Positions 22,721 to 31,376 of a DNA stretch of 32,000 nucleotides are shown piece after piece. Positions within the stretch are counted from its first letter, which is position 1; each line of letters starts with the position of its first letter. The translations under genes were made by a program, and so were the position numbers. The notes below the pieces were generated by a model. That model saw nothing but the letters and a program-made list of their open reading frames with translations. It searched no databases and was not told the origin of the DNA. The stretch is from Candidatus Saccharimonadota bacterium (GTDB lineage: Bacteria; Patescibacteriota; Saccharimonadia; Saccharimonadales; Saccharimonadaceae), in NCBI RefSeq assembly GCF_025273655.1, contig NZ_CP045921.1:360001-392000 (forward strand), given 5' to 3'.

Positions 22721-25027
22721 CTATTTCTTGAACTTGCGCGAAGGCCACCAAACACGGTTGCCGATATCGTGCACGAGGGCTGGGACAAGGAGCGAGCGCA
22801 CGATGATGGTGTCGAGCAAAACGCCGAATGCTACGATAAACGCCAGTTGGGCTAGGAATAGGATTGGAATGACGGCGAGTGCGGCGAACGTAGCAGCCAG
22901 TACGATACCGGCACTGGTGATGACGCCTCCCGTGACGATGAGCCCAGCTAAGACGCCGCGACGAGTGCCGATACGCAGTGATTCTTCGCGCACACGTGTC
23001 ATGAGGAAGATATTGTAGTCGATGCCGAGCGCCACCAGGAAGATGAAGCCGTATAATACGACGGATGGATCGGCGCCAGGGAAGTGCCAGACGTTGTTGA
23101 AGAGTAGCGCGGAGACGCCGAGCGTGGCAGTAAACGACAGTATGGTGGTGAGAAGAAGGAGGATAGGCGCAAGGACAGAGCGCAGCAAGAGCATGAGGAT
23201 GATGGTAATGACTACGAGCACTGTCGGGAGCACTACTGCCCTATCGTGCTCGGCGCTAGTGCGGGTATCGAGTTGTGTGGCTGTCGTGCCGCCGACACGT
23301 GCGTCGCTATCGAGTTGGTGCATACTGGTACGCAGCCGCTGGACGGTGGCTTGTGCTGCGTCGGAATCGGCATTGTCTTCAAGCGTTGCTTCGAGTAGCA
23401 CTTCTCCGTTGACGACCTTGGGCGCCGCGTCTTTGAACGGATAGGCATCGGCTACGATGTCATCCGCAGTAGGGATATTGGCAACCGCCTGATCGTATAT
23501 CTGATCGACGACGCTGCTTGGCATACCGGGCGATTGGGCTTCGATCTGAGCACGCAGGTCGGCTTTTTGGGTGGTCAGTTCTTGCTCTGCTTTGGTGCGA
23601 ATCTCTTCTTTAATATCGGCTTCGGCACGGCCAAGTGGCTTGGTACCAGAGTCGGAGTTATTGGCTCGGACAGAAACGCTGGCGACGCCTGTGTCTGCTT
23701 CGACTATAGCGGCCGCGGCATCGAGCTGGCTCGCCGGTATGATGATTTGTGCCGGGGTGCCGGAGCCGCCTGGGAAATGCCGGTCGATGAGCTGCTGGCC
23801 GTCGCGGGCTTCGGACACCCCGAGGATAAGATCACTTTGGGCGACACCATCTGCTTGGAGTTTGGTGACGCCTGCGCTACATACTACGAGGATGAGTGTG
23901 GTGACGATCCAGACGCTACGTGCATGTGCACCCACGAACCCGGCGATGCGTGGCCACAGACCTGTCTTTGGAATATCGAGAGTAGCTTGGGCGCGGTACT
24001 TTGGCATGCGTGGCCAGAATACTTTGCGTCCCCACATGAGCAGTAGGCTTGGTAATAGTGTGAGTGCACTTACGATAGCCAGGATGATACCGACAGCACC
24101 GACTGGCCCCAGGGCTTTGTTAGAATTAAGGTCCGACAATAGCAGACAGAGTAGTCCAGCCGTGACAGTGCCACCAGCTGCGAGGATAGGCTCGAGTGAG
24201 CGTCGCCAACTGGCCAAAATCGCCTGGTATGCATGTGTATGACGCGTTAGCTCTTCGCGGTAGCGAGCAGTGTAGAGTAGCGCATAATCCGTGGCGGCAC
24301 CGATGACGAGGATGAACAGGATACCTTGCACTTGGCCATTTAGTGTCACGAGATCGGCCTTGGCGAGGTAATAGACTACCAGGATAGCGGCTGAAAGCGC
24401 AAAGATACTATTGAGCAGTACGACGAACGGCAACACCGGTGATCGGTATACGATGAGCAAGATAATGAACACGACGGCCAGTGCGACGCCAAGCAAGATA
24501 CCGTCGATGCCGGCGAACGCACCAGCGAGGTCGTATAAGAAGCCGACTGGTCCGGTGACTTTGAACTGTGCTGGTAGACTGGCGGCGTCGAGGGTACTGC
24601 GTAGTTCGGGTACGAATTCGTCGTATTTGACATTGCTGCTCACGTTGACAACCACTAGCGCGGCTTTGCCGTCGTCAGACGTGATAGGCGGCGACACCTC
24701 ACCTACCACTTCGGCACGTGATGAGAGTTTGGCGGTTTCGTCTTTGATCTTGGTGATAGTATCATCCGGCAGGATTTTGTCGCCGTCGGTGAATACCAGG
24801 ATTGTCGGGATCGATTTTTCGTCCTGGAATTTTTCGAGCTCTCCGCTCACCTGGGTAGACTCGGCGCTGGCTGGCAGGAATGTCGTCTGATCGTTGGTGG
24901 CAACGTCGCTAATCTTGCCGAAATACGGTCCACCGACGCTACCAAGCACGAGCCAGATCAGCAGGATGATCGTCGGGATGACGATGCGAAGCCGTTTTGG
25001 CGCGGTGCGTTCAGTGGACTTACTCAT
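22721..25027 (-). CDS. MMPL-family (RND superfamily) membrane transporter
   Basis: 768 aa from ATG 25027 (the ORF track starts at TTG 25087, inside the upstream gene). Two 6-TM bundles separated by soluble loops. The N-terminus KRLRIVIPTIILLIWLVLGSVGGPYF is typical of MMPL proteins. Confidence 0.92.
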   Translation of the reverse strand: MSKSTERTAPKRLRIVIPTIILLIWLVLGSVGGPYFGKISDVATNDQTTFLPASAESTQVSGELEKFQDEKSIPTILVFTDGDKILPDDTITKIKDETAKLSSRAEVVGEVSPPITSDDGKAALVVVNVSSNVKYDEFVPELRSTLDAASLPAQFKVTGPVGFLYDLAGAFAGIDGILLGVALAVVFIILLIVYRSPVLPFVVLLNSIFALSAAILVVYYLAKADLVTLNGQVQGILFILVIGAATDYALLYTARYREELTRHTHAYQAILASWRRSLEPILAAGGTVTAGLLCLLLSDLNSNKALGPVGAVGIILAIVSALTLLPSLLLMWGRKVFWPRMPKYRAQATLDIPKTGLWPRIAGFVGAHARSVWIVTTLILVVCSAGVTKLQADGVAQSDLILGVSEARDGQQLIDRHFPGGSGTPAQIIIPASQLDAAAAIVEADTGVASVSVRANNSDSGTKPLGRAEADIKEEIRTKAEQELTTQKADLRAQIEAQSPGMPSSVVDQIYDQAVANIPTADDIVADAYPFKDAAPKVVNGEVLLEATLEDNADSDAAQATVQRLRTSMHQLDSDARVGGTTATQLDTRTSAEHDRAVVLPTVLVVITIILMLLLRSVLAPILLLLTTILSFTATLGVSALLFNNVWHFPGADPSVVLYGFIFLVALGIDYNIFLMTRVREESLRIGTRRGVLAGLIVTGGVITSAGIVLAATFAALAVIPILFLAQLAFIVAFGVLLDTIIVRSLLVPALVHDIGNRVWWPSRKFKK

Positions 25028-25046
25028 ATCTGTAGTATAGCGCACA

Positions 25047-25865
25047 TCACTGTCCTGGTGGTAGTTGCTGGACGACAGCCTGCACAACGCTCGGTATCAT
25101 TGCACCTACGAGTTCATGGCTGGCAAGCGTCTGTCTGAGTGTGACATTTGGCATGGTGCGTGCAAGATATGTGAGATTTGCGGGCACCACCAGAGGGTCG
25201 AGCTGGCCACGTACAAGCGTGATTGGTAGAGTAAGATGCTCGATATCGTTCATGGCGGTCTGGTTGACGATGGCCGCCTGGAGAGTGGCCATATAGGTGG
25301 CGACGTTGTCGCTCGTGACGCTGAATACGTTGTTGACAAGTTTGTATTTCATGGCAATGCACGCTACGCGTACGAAATCTTCGGGGTGTTTCTGGACGAC
25401 TGTGTAGAGGTCGCGAAGTATAGCGTCTGGCTTGCGGATCAGCTGTCTCGTCGCTGGATCTTCCGGACGATAAAAAGGCGGACTGACAAGTACGAGAGAT
25501 TTGACGAGTAATGGATATCGCCTGGCTATCTCGACTGCTACGAGCGAACCGAGCGAATGACCGACGATCATCAGCTGGTCTGGGATGCCGAGCGAGAAAT
25601 AGGTCTGCAGTATACTGCGAGCTTGCTCGTGGGTATTGTATCGGATGTGCGATGGGTGTGGCGAGCGGCCAAATCCAAGCAGATCAACGGTAATGATACG
25701 TATGTTATGTGGTAAGCCGTGAATCACGTTGTCCCAAGCATGACCGTTGTTGCCGATGCCATGAACCATGAGGAGAGTGGCTCGTGGGTGCGGTGGATCT
25801 TGCACGACATCGACGTGGAGCCGATACGGAATACGCAGCCAGCGATGAACGAGATGGTCGTACAT
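25047..25865 (-). CDS. Alpha/beta-fold hydrolase
   Basis: 272 aa. HGIGNNGHAW oxyanion region and nucleophile elbow VGHSLGS. C-terminal His context (ASHELV). Confidence 0.88.
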   Translation of the reverse strand: MYDHLVHRWLRIPYRLHVDVVQDPPHPRATLLMVHGIGNNGHAWDNVIHGLPHNIRIITVDLLGFGRSPHPSHIRYNTHEQARSILQTYFSLGIPDQLMIVGHSLGSLVAVEIARRYPLLVKSLVLVSPPFYRPEDPATRQLIRKPDAILRDLYTVVQKHPEDFVRVACIAMKYKLVNNVFSVTSDNVATYMATLQAAIVNQTAMNDIEHLTLPITLVRGQLDPLVVPANLTYLARTMPNVTLRQTLASHELVGAMIPSVVQAVVQQLPPGQ

Positions 25866-25885
25866 GCTACTAGCGTAGCATGAGA

Positions 25886-26248
25886 TTAGCCGATGAGTTG
25901 GAGTTTTTCGCGCTCAAGTTGCTGCACGTCGACTTTGTATGATTGTTCGAGCCGCTGCTGATCAGCGATATGTTGATTATGACGTTCCCCGAGCTTGGCG
26001 TCGAGATTAGTGACCTGGCGCTCAAGTTCCATACGTTCCTGGGTCAGTTTCTGAATCTCCTGCTGGTACTGCTGTATATCCTGCTGGTCGCGATGGGCTA
26101 CTTGGGCATCCCCGGCGGCTTTTTGCTGCTTATCCTGTGCAGCATCCACGGTGGCTTGGCGCTGGTACTTGGCCATTTCCTTTTGCTTGGCGTCGATACG
26201 CTGCTCGTACTGGCTGATTTGTTGGTTAATGGCTGTGATACTACTCAT
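25886..26248 (-). CDS. Gln-rich coiled-coil hypothetical protein (120 aa)
   Basis: Strong AGGAGG SD upstream of the ATG. The sequence is almost entirely heptad-like Q/E/K/R-rich helix. No family recognised. Confidence 0.7.
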   Translation of the reverse strand: MSSITAINQQISQYEQRIDAKQKEMAKYQRQATVDAAQDKQQKAAGDAQVAHRDQQDIQQYQQEIQKLTQERMELERQVTNLDAKLGERHNQHIADQQRLEQSYKVDVQQLEREKLQLIG

Positions 26249-26324
26249 GGTACCTCCTGTATATATCTAGTATACTCCCCTACGGTATAGTAAAGGCGAC
26301 TTGGCGTGGATCGTCTGGCGTAGT

Positions 26325-26364
26325 CGTTTCATCCCACACTCCGACCGGAGCGCGGGATGAAACG
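26325..26364 (-). terminator. Stem-loop downstream of the 139-aa gene (terminator candidate without a U-tract)
   Basis: 11-bp stem CGTTTCATCCC(26325-26335)/GGGATGAAACG(26354-26364) with an inner CTCCG/CGGAG pairing. No T-run follows on the minus strand. Confidence 0.4.
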
Positions 26365-26371
26365 GCGCTGG

Positions 26372-26791
26372 TCAGGGTGTGGGTGTGCAGCTTTCTGTGA
26401 CGAACCGCAGGAACAGCTGGTACTCTCCCGTGTTGCGTGGTGGGTAGAGGAAGAAGTCTCGAACCAGCGGAAGCTCCTCTGTCGCACTGTTGAGATAGGC
26501 GCCGGCATCTGTGCGGATAGGCCCTGACCATGCGATGCGAGCGAATGTCACGCTGGTATTGCCTCTCGCGCCGGTTGCGATGTCCAACAGCTGGGCTCGG
26601 AATTCTGCGCTGAGTTCTTGCATGAACTTGTCGGCTTGCAGCACGAGCCAGTCTATGTCGTCGCACGCAGCCAGTAATGTGGCGGCATCAGCTTCGGTTG
26701 CTGTGGAGGAACCGACATTGACAGCAATCCGGGCTCCTAGATGTGCACGCATCGACATTGTGTCGATCGTATGTTGTTCTGCAGTGGCCAT
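26372..26791 (-). CDS. Hypothetical protein (139 aa)
   Basis: I start at ATG 26791 (MATAEQHT..), which has AAGGGGG upstream. The ORF-track extension to 27115 overlaps the divergent exporter gene. No family recognised. Confidence 0.6.
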   Translation of the reverse strand: MATAEQHTIDTMSMRAHLGARIAVNVGSSTATEADAATLLAACDDIDWLVLQADKFMQELSAEFRAQLLDIATGARGNTSVTFARIAWSGPIRTDAGAYLNSATEELPLVRDFFLYPPRNTGEYQLFLRFVTESCTPTP

Positions 26792-26893
26792 GGTGGCCCC
26801 CTTGTCTCTAGAGTCTGCAGCTTGGATAATATACTTTATATGTCGTAGTGTCAAATCTGGTACAATATGTAGTTGTAAGCAAGGAAGATAAAC

Positions 26894-28402
26894 ATGAAAC
26901 TCTGGCCATTCGGTCACCGCCGCATAGAAAAAGCCGTCGAAGCAGCTGCACTGCCACTCATAGAGAAATTTGGCTCTGGCCTCACCCCCAACATGCGAGC
27001 CCTGCGCATGGCCACAACCATGGCAGATCAACTTCTCTCTATGGGTGTGTCGGCAAACAGCGTTGTGTCGAAAGTGCTCGATGTGACGGATACCTACTGC
27101 GAGCGACCTGTGCATATTGATATTAGCGCCAATGTCATCATGGTGTCACAGCTACGCGGTATTGAGCGCGAACCTCTGACGATGATTCGACCTGTCGCAC
27201 CCCGCGAACTCAACTATATGACAATTCAGTCGATTCAGAATCTTATCTATGAGATAGGAAAAGGTCAGCACACGCTTGATGCAGCAGAGGCGCTACTCGA
27301 AACACTATTGGCTCATCCGAAACGATTTCCCTGGTGGGCAATTATGTTTGGTAATGCTTCGATTGTAGCCGGTGTGACACTGATGTACACGAGTGACTGG
27401 CAAGTGATAGTGACGACGTTTGGTATAGGGATTGCGATCGATCGAGTGCTCGCACTGTTGGTTCGCTATAGTATACCACCTTTCTTTCGACAGGCCGTGG
27501 CGGCACTTTTCATTACACTGCTGGCGGCGGGTATTACGGCGCTCGGTAGTAGTGGTATAGAGTTTTTTGCCGATACCAACCCGACATTGCTCGTGGTTGG
27601 TGGTGTGGTGATGCTTGTAGCAGGACTTGTCATAGTGGGCGCGATTCAGGATGCGATCGATGAGTACTATGTGACGGCAAACGCACGTATCGGAAAAGTT
27701 GTCATGCTGACAGTCGGAATAGTAGTGGGTATTCTGGCGGGACTCTATACGGCGCGCAAGCTTGGCATTGGCATCGCAGTGTCGACAGACCCGCTCGCGC
27801 TCAATAGTCTGGCGTTTCAAGTGATTGGTGCTAGTATCGCTGCTGCTGGCTACGCGCTGGCGAGTCAGACACGGAGGCGTGCGATTGTGGGCGTGGGGCT
27901 TATCGGCGGTGTTGGTCTGTTTGTACTGTCGTGTATCGTGGCAAACACGACTATTTCGGCCGTGCCTGCAAGTGGTGTGGCGGCACTCATCATTGGTGCG
28001 GCTGCGGCGATTATCTCGCGACTTTGGCGCACCCCGTCTGTGGGTATTATCTCTGGCGGTATCGTGCCACTCGTGCCCGGACTGGCACTCTATACTGGTC
28101 TCATGCAACTTATCCGGTATCCACCAGGCGACCCGCTGTTTCCTACTGCTATAGGCACACTGTTTACTGCGGTGGCATTGGCACTGACGATTGCGGCTGG
28201 TGCATCACTTGGCAGCATGATCGGACGACCTCTCAGGCAACAGCTGGCCTCGCAGCGCAACACGGCGGCATTTGCTGAGTTTATGCGGCGGCAGGTTAAG
28301 CCAACAAGCGCCAATTTCCTGGCTGGGCTGGCACTAGGTAGGTCAGGTAGGCGGAGGCATCAGGCTGTTCGTGCTGACGAGGATCCGAGCGAAGCCACCT
28401 AG
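26894..28402 (+). CDS. Threonine/serine exporter (ThrE) family membrane protein
   Basis: 502 aa. The N-terminal soluble/amphipathic region (ATTMADQLLSMGVSANSVVSKVLDVT) followed by about 10 TM helices matches the fused DUF1212 + DUF3815 layout. AAGGAAG SD upstream. Confidence 0.85.
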   Translation: MKLWPFGHRRIEKAVEAAALPLIEKFGSGLTPNMRALRMATTMADQLLSMGVSANSVVSKVLDVTDTYCERPVHIDISANVIMVSQLRGIEREPLTMIRPVAPRELNYMTIQSIQNLIYEIGKGQHTLDAAEALLETLLAHPKRFPWWAIMFGNASIVAGVTLMYTSDWQVIVTTFGIGIAIDRVLALLVRYSIPPFFRQAVAALFITLLAAGITALGSSGIEFFADTNPTLLVVGGVVMLVAGLVIVGAIQDAIDEYYVTANARIGKVVMLTVGIVVGILAGLYTARKLGIGIAVSTDPLALNSLAFQVIGASIAAAGYALASQTRRRAIVGVGLIGGVGLFVLSCIVANTTISAVPASGVAALIIGAAAAIISRLWRTPSVGIISGGIVPLVPGLALYTGLMQLIRYPPGDPLFPTAIGTLFTAVALALTIAAGASLGSMIGRPLRQQLASQRNTAAFAEFMRRQVKPTSANFLAGLALGRSGRRRHQAVRADEDPSEAT

Positions 28403-28632
28403 CTGTTATTTAGGTGCCATTTGTCGTCGTCACCTTTATGGTATTTCTGCTTAACTGCACTCCAAGCGACACGATGCGCGACTTCTTCGCGCGAGGCGTC
28501 ATCGCGACGATCTTCCTTGTGTTGGTACTCGTCGTAGGCGCTGTTAAATGCTTCTTTGTAAATATCTTGGGCATGCGCAGGGAGCACATTCTTTACGCTG
28601 TCGGGTAATTCACTTTTGTCTGAGTATGGCAT
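28399..28632 (-). CDS. chaB: ChaB-family protein
   Basis: 77 aa. LPDSVKNVLPAHAQDIYKEAFNSAYDEY..EDRRDDASREEVAHRVAWSAVKQKY..GDDDKWH is very close to the enterobacterial ChaB sequence as I recall it. AAGGAGGA SD upstream. Confidence 0.92.
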   Translation of the reverse strand: MPYSDKSELPDSVKNVLPAHAQDIYKEAFNSAYDEYQHKEDRRDDASREEVAHRVAWSAVKQKYHKGDDDKWHLNNS

Positions 28633-28645
28633 AGGTCCTCCTTTG

Positions 28646-29542
28646 TTAGGGTGTCCAGTTACCGCCAGTCACGCCTATTACTTCACCTGTGGTATAACTC
28701 GATTCTTGGCTGGCGAGAAATACATATGCCGGCGCGCACTCTGCGGGCTGGCCGGCTCTACCGTATGGTGATTGCTCACCAAAGTGAGTCAGCTTTTCCA
28801 TTGGCTGGCCGAAGCTGGGCTGGAGTGGGGTCCAGATCGGACCTGGTGCAACCGCATTAACACGGATGCCTCGTTCGATAAGCTGGGCGCTAAGTCCTTT
28901 TGTGAAACTGGTGATTGCTCCTTTTGTGGAGGCATAGTCGAGTAGTCCAGCTGACGGCTGGTATGACTGGATGGAGGTGGTATTGATAATGCTTGCGCCG
29001 GGCGGCAGAAACTCTAGTGCGGATTGTACGATCCAAAACATAGAATATATATTTGTTCGAAATGTTGCATCGAGCTGGTCGGTAGAAAGTTTCGTAATAT
29101 CGTCGCAGTAAATTTGTTTACCAGCATTGTTGACAATGATATCGAGACCGCCAAATGCCTTCATGATATTGTTTGGCAGATCTTGGGCAAATGTTTCCTC
29201 ACTCAGATCGCCGGGAATTGCAATAGTTTCCCCGGCTTCCTTTGAAATGATGCGCAGTGTTTCTTCGGCATCATTCTGTTCACTGGGCAGATAAGTGATC
29301 GCCACATCCGCTCCTTCACGCGCGAACGCAATTGCTACTGCCCTGCCTATACCAGAATCGGCTCCGGAGATAAGGGCTTTACGTCCCTGCAGTTTGCCCG
29401 ACCCTACGTAGGTGGTTTCTCCATGGTCGGCCTTTGGCTGCAATTCGGAGTCGAGCCCCGGCTCTTTTTGGCGTTGCTCGGGTATGTCGAGTGCTGGATA
29501 CTGTGAGCGCGGATCCTGCATAGTGTGTTGCGTGCGTGTCAT
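28646..29542 (-). CDS. SDR-family oxidoreductase (YdaD/YghA general-stress type)
   Basis: 298 aa. GADSGIGRA cofactor motif, NNAG, catalytic YASTK. The N-terminal extension with YVGSGKLQGRKALISG is typical of this SDR subgroup. Confidence 0.92.
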   Translation of the reverse strand: MTRTQHTMQDPRSQYPALDIPEQRQKEPGLDSELQPKADHGETTYVGSGKLQGRKALISGADSGIGRAVAIAFAREGADVAITYLPSEQNDAEETLRIISKEAGETIAIPGDLSEETFAQDLPNNIMKAFGGLDIIVNNAGKQIYCDDITKLSTDQLDATFRTNIYSMFWIVQSALEFLPPGASIINTTSIQSYQPSAGLLDYASTKGAITSFTKGLSAQLIERGIRVNAVAPGPIWTPLQPSFGQPMEKLTHFGEQSPYGRAGQPAECAPAYVFLASQESSYTTGEVIGVTGGNWTP

Positions 29543-29574
29543 TGATGCTCCTTTCGATTAGATTGGATGACTGG

Positions 29575-30303
29575 CTATTTGGACGGCGATCTGTATTCAG
29601 GATTAGCGAACCCATACTGTTCGCCGTCATTCCAGGCGGCTGGTACATTACCCTCTGCTGGGATTCCGCCTGCCTTGCGTAGTCGCTGAGCCGTGTGAAG
29701 GAGGTTGTACGTCATAAAGGTGATATTACGATTGGTGAAGTCACTCTCCGGGCCACCCGACCCTTTGTCCAAATAGCTAGGCCCGGGTCCTACTGGGCCA
29801 ATCCAGCCCGCATCCGCTTGCGGAGGAATTGTGAAACCAACATGTTGTAAACTATAGAGCACATTCATGGCACAATGCTTGATACCATCTTCGTTGCCGG
29901 TGATGATACAGCCGCCAACTTTGCCGTAGTAAATATATTGGCCCTTGCCGTTGGTGTCAGCAGAGTTTGCATAAAGGCGCTCGATGAGCTTCTTTGTCTG
30001 CGAGCTGTTGTCGCCGAGCCAGATTGGCCCACACACTACCACGATATCAGCAGCTTTAACCTTTTCGAACAGCTGGGGCCATTCATCTGTTTTCCAGCCG
30101 TGCTCGCGCATATCTGGCTGTACACCAGTTGCTATATCATGATCAATTGTGCGAATAATCTCGGCCGAGGCACCAAGCTTTTGCATGAGGTTGACGCTTG
30201 CCCGTAGTAGCCCCTCAGTGTTGCTGACCTCTGGCGAGCGCTTGAGCGTGCCGTTGAAAAACAAGGCTTTGAGTCCGGTGAAATCAGATTGCGTATCTGC
30301 CAT
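29575..30303 (-). CDS. Flavodoxin-like fold NAD(P)H-dependent FMN reductase family protein
   Basis: 242 aa. LKALFFNGTLKRSPEVSNT and DIVVVCGPIWLG motifs of the FMN_red/flavodoxin_2 type. AAGGAGG SD upstream. Confidence 0.85.
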   Translation of the reverse strand: MADTQSDFTGLKALFFNGTLKRSPEVSNTEGLLRASVNLMQKLGASAEIIRTIDHDIATGVQPDMREHGWKTDEWPQLFEKVKAADIVVVCGPIWLGDNSSQTKKLIERLYANSADTNGKGQYIYYGKVGGCIITGNEDGIKHCAMNVLYSLQHVGFTIPPQADAGWIGPVGPGPSYLDKGSGGPESDFTNRNITFMTYNLLHTAQRLRKAGGIPAEGNVPAAWNDGEQYGFANPEYRSPSK

Positions 30304-30358
30304 TCTATCCTCCTTTCGTACTTACCAGTATACACCCGACTGATGCTCGGCGCGAATG

Positions 30359-30934
30359 TCATGTATGCGATACGTAGGGATTGTCTCTGATATAAAACCG
30401 CCAAGGCTCATCGCGGGCCTTGCTGATACCTATACGTGTCGTTTGGACAATTTGATCCAGTGGCAATGGATCACGCAGAAGTAATTTGCACGGATTTTTT
30501 GCAAGATCGTGGCCGTTTAAAACCTTGTCTATTTGGAGTGCTTGGCACAATTTGGCAGGACCGTTGGTGAGTGCGATACCGTCTTTGTCTCGCAGTTGCT
30601 GCATATGCGTTTGTCCTTCAAGTGGCTCTGCGGCTCGTAGAAGTACTGCGGCACCGTAACCCTCTCTGCCTACGACAACATTGCAACAATAATGCATCCC
30701 ATAGGTAAAGTACACATAGAGATGTCCTGCTGAGCCAAACATGACATCGGTTCGAGGGGTGCGGCCATGGTAGCTGTGACTCGCTGCGTCTGACTGGTGG
30801 TATGCTTCGGTCTCGACGATGCGTACGCGTAGTAGCTTACCGTCAATCTCTCGAATAAGTTCTGCCCCGAGTAAATACTTAGCGGCCTCTATCGCGTCCA
30901 TTGCATCGAGAATCGAGTGGATGTTTGGATTCAT
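30359..30934 (-). CDS. DNA-3-methyladenine glycosylase (MPG/AAG family)
   Basis: 191 aa. IVETEAYHQSDAASHSY.GRTPRTDVMFG..GHLYVYFTYGMHYCCNVV is the conserved MPG-family core. Confidence 0.93.
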   Translation of the reverse strand: MNPNIHSILDAMDAIEAAKYLLGAELIREIDGKLLRVRIVETEAYHQSDAASHSYHGRTPRTDVMFGSAGHLYVYFTYGMHYCCNVVVGREGYGAAVLLRAAEPLEGQTHMQQLRDKDGIALTNGPAKLCQALQIDKVLNGHDLAKNPCKLLLRDPLPLDQIVQTTRIGISKARDEPWRFYIRDNPYVSHT

Positions 30935-30946
30935 GGGTGTGGCAGA

Positions 30947-31339
30947 TTACTGTGCGACAAATGGCAAAAAGTACGCGACTACAGCAACAAGCGCACCGAT
31001 ACATACTGCTCCCGTGATGATTGTCACAGCTTTTTGCTGATCTTTTTTGCGGTATTCAGCCTGGTCGACGCTTTCCTGGTGCTTCATGTCATCGCTGACA
31101 TTGAACAGCCCGCTCATGCCAAATTTGGCACAAAAATGTAGATAGGCCTGGAGGAATCCCATCGCTGCGAGTGTGGCCGGTATGAAAACTAGCGCGCGCC
31201 ACGCCGCGTCGATAGGCACAAGATAAAACAGTACGAATAACGCAATTGTCAGGGTCAAGCCAATATATCCTGTCATGCGCCGCATGCGAATCTCGGCGGG
31301 ACCGATATTACAGACTCCGGGTATATAGTTCGTGCTCAT
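30947..31339 (-). CDS. Small membrane protein (130 aa), hypothetical
   Basis: I start at ATG 31339 (MSTNYIPGVCNIGPAE..), which has TATACT 6 nt upstream. The ORF-track extension overlaps the divergent FKBP gene. Three predicted hydrophobic helices. Confidence 0.6.
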   Translation of the reverse strand: MSTNYIPGVCNIGPAEIRMRRMTGYIGLTLTIALFVLFYLVPIDAAWRALVFIPATLAAMGFLQAYLHFCAKFGMSGLFNVSDDMKHQESVDQAEYRKKDQQKAVTIITGAVCIGALVAVVAYFLPFVAQ

Positions 31340-31376
31340 ACTTCTAGTATACTCCTGTCCGCGGTATACTGGATAT
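31340..31376. promoter_or_regulatory. 37-bp divergent promoter region with two TATACT boxes
   Basis: Minus strand: TATACT (31346-31351) is 6 nt before ATG 31339. Plus strand: TATACT (31365-31370) is 6 nt before ATG 31377. No SD on either side. Confidence 0.45.

Noticed and set aside
26301-26360. 19-codon TTG-initiated ORF on the plus strand
   Set aside because: It is too short, has no SD and is largely made up of the two arms of a hairpin. It is kept only as a note within the orphan -10 finding, not as a CDS.
26792-27115. N-terminal extension of the 26372 ORF to 27115
   Set aside because: It overlaps the divergent ThrE-family gene and its SD. ATG 26791 has an AAGGGGG upstream, and the extension is His/Cys-rich frame noise.
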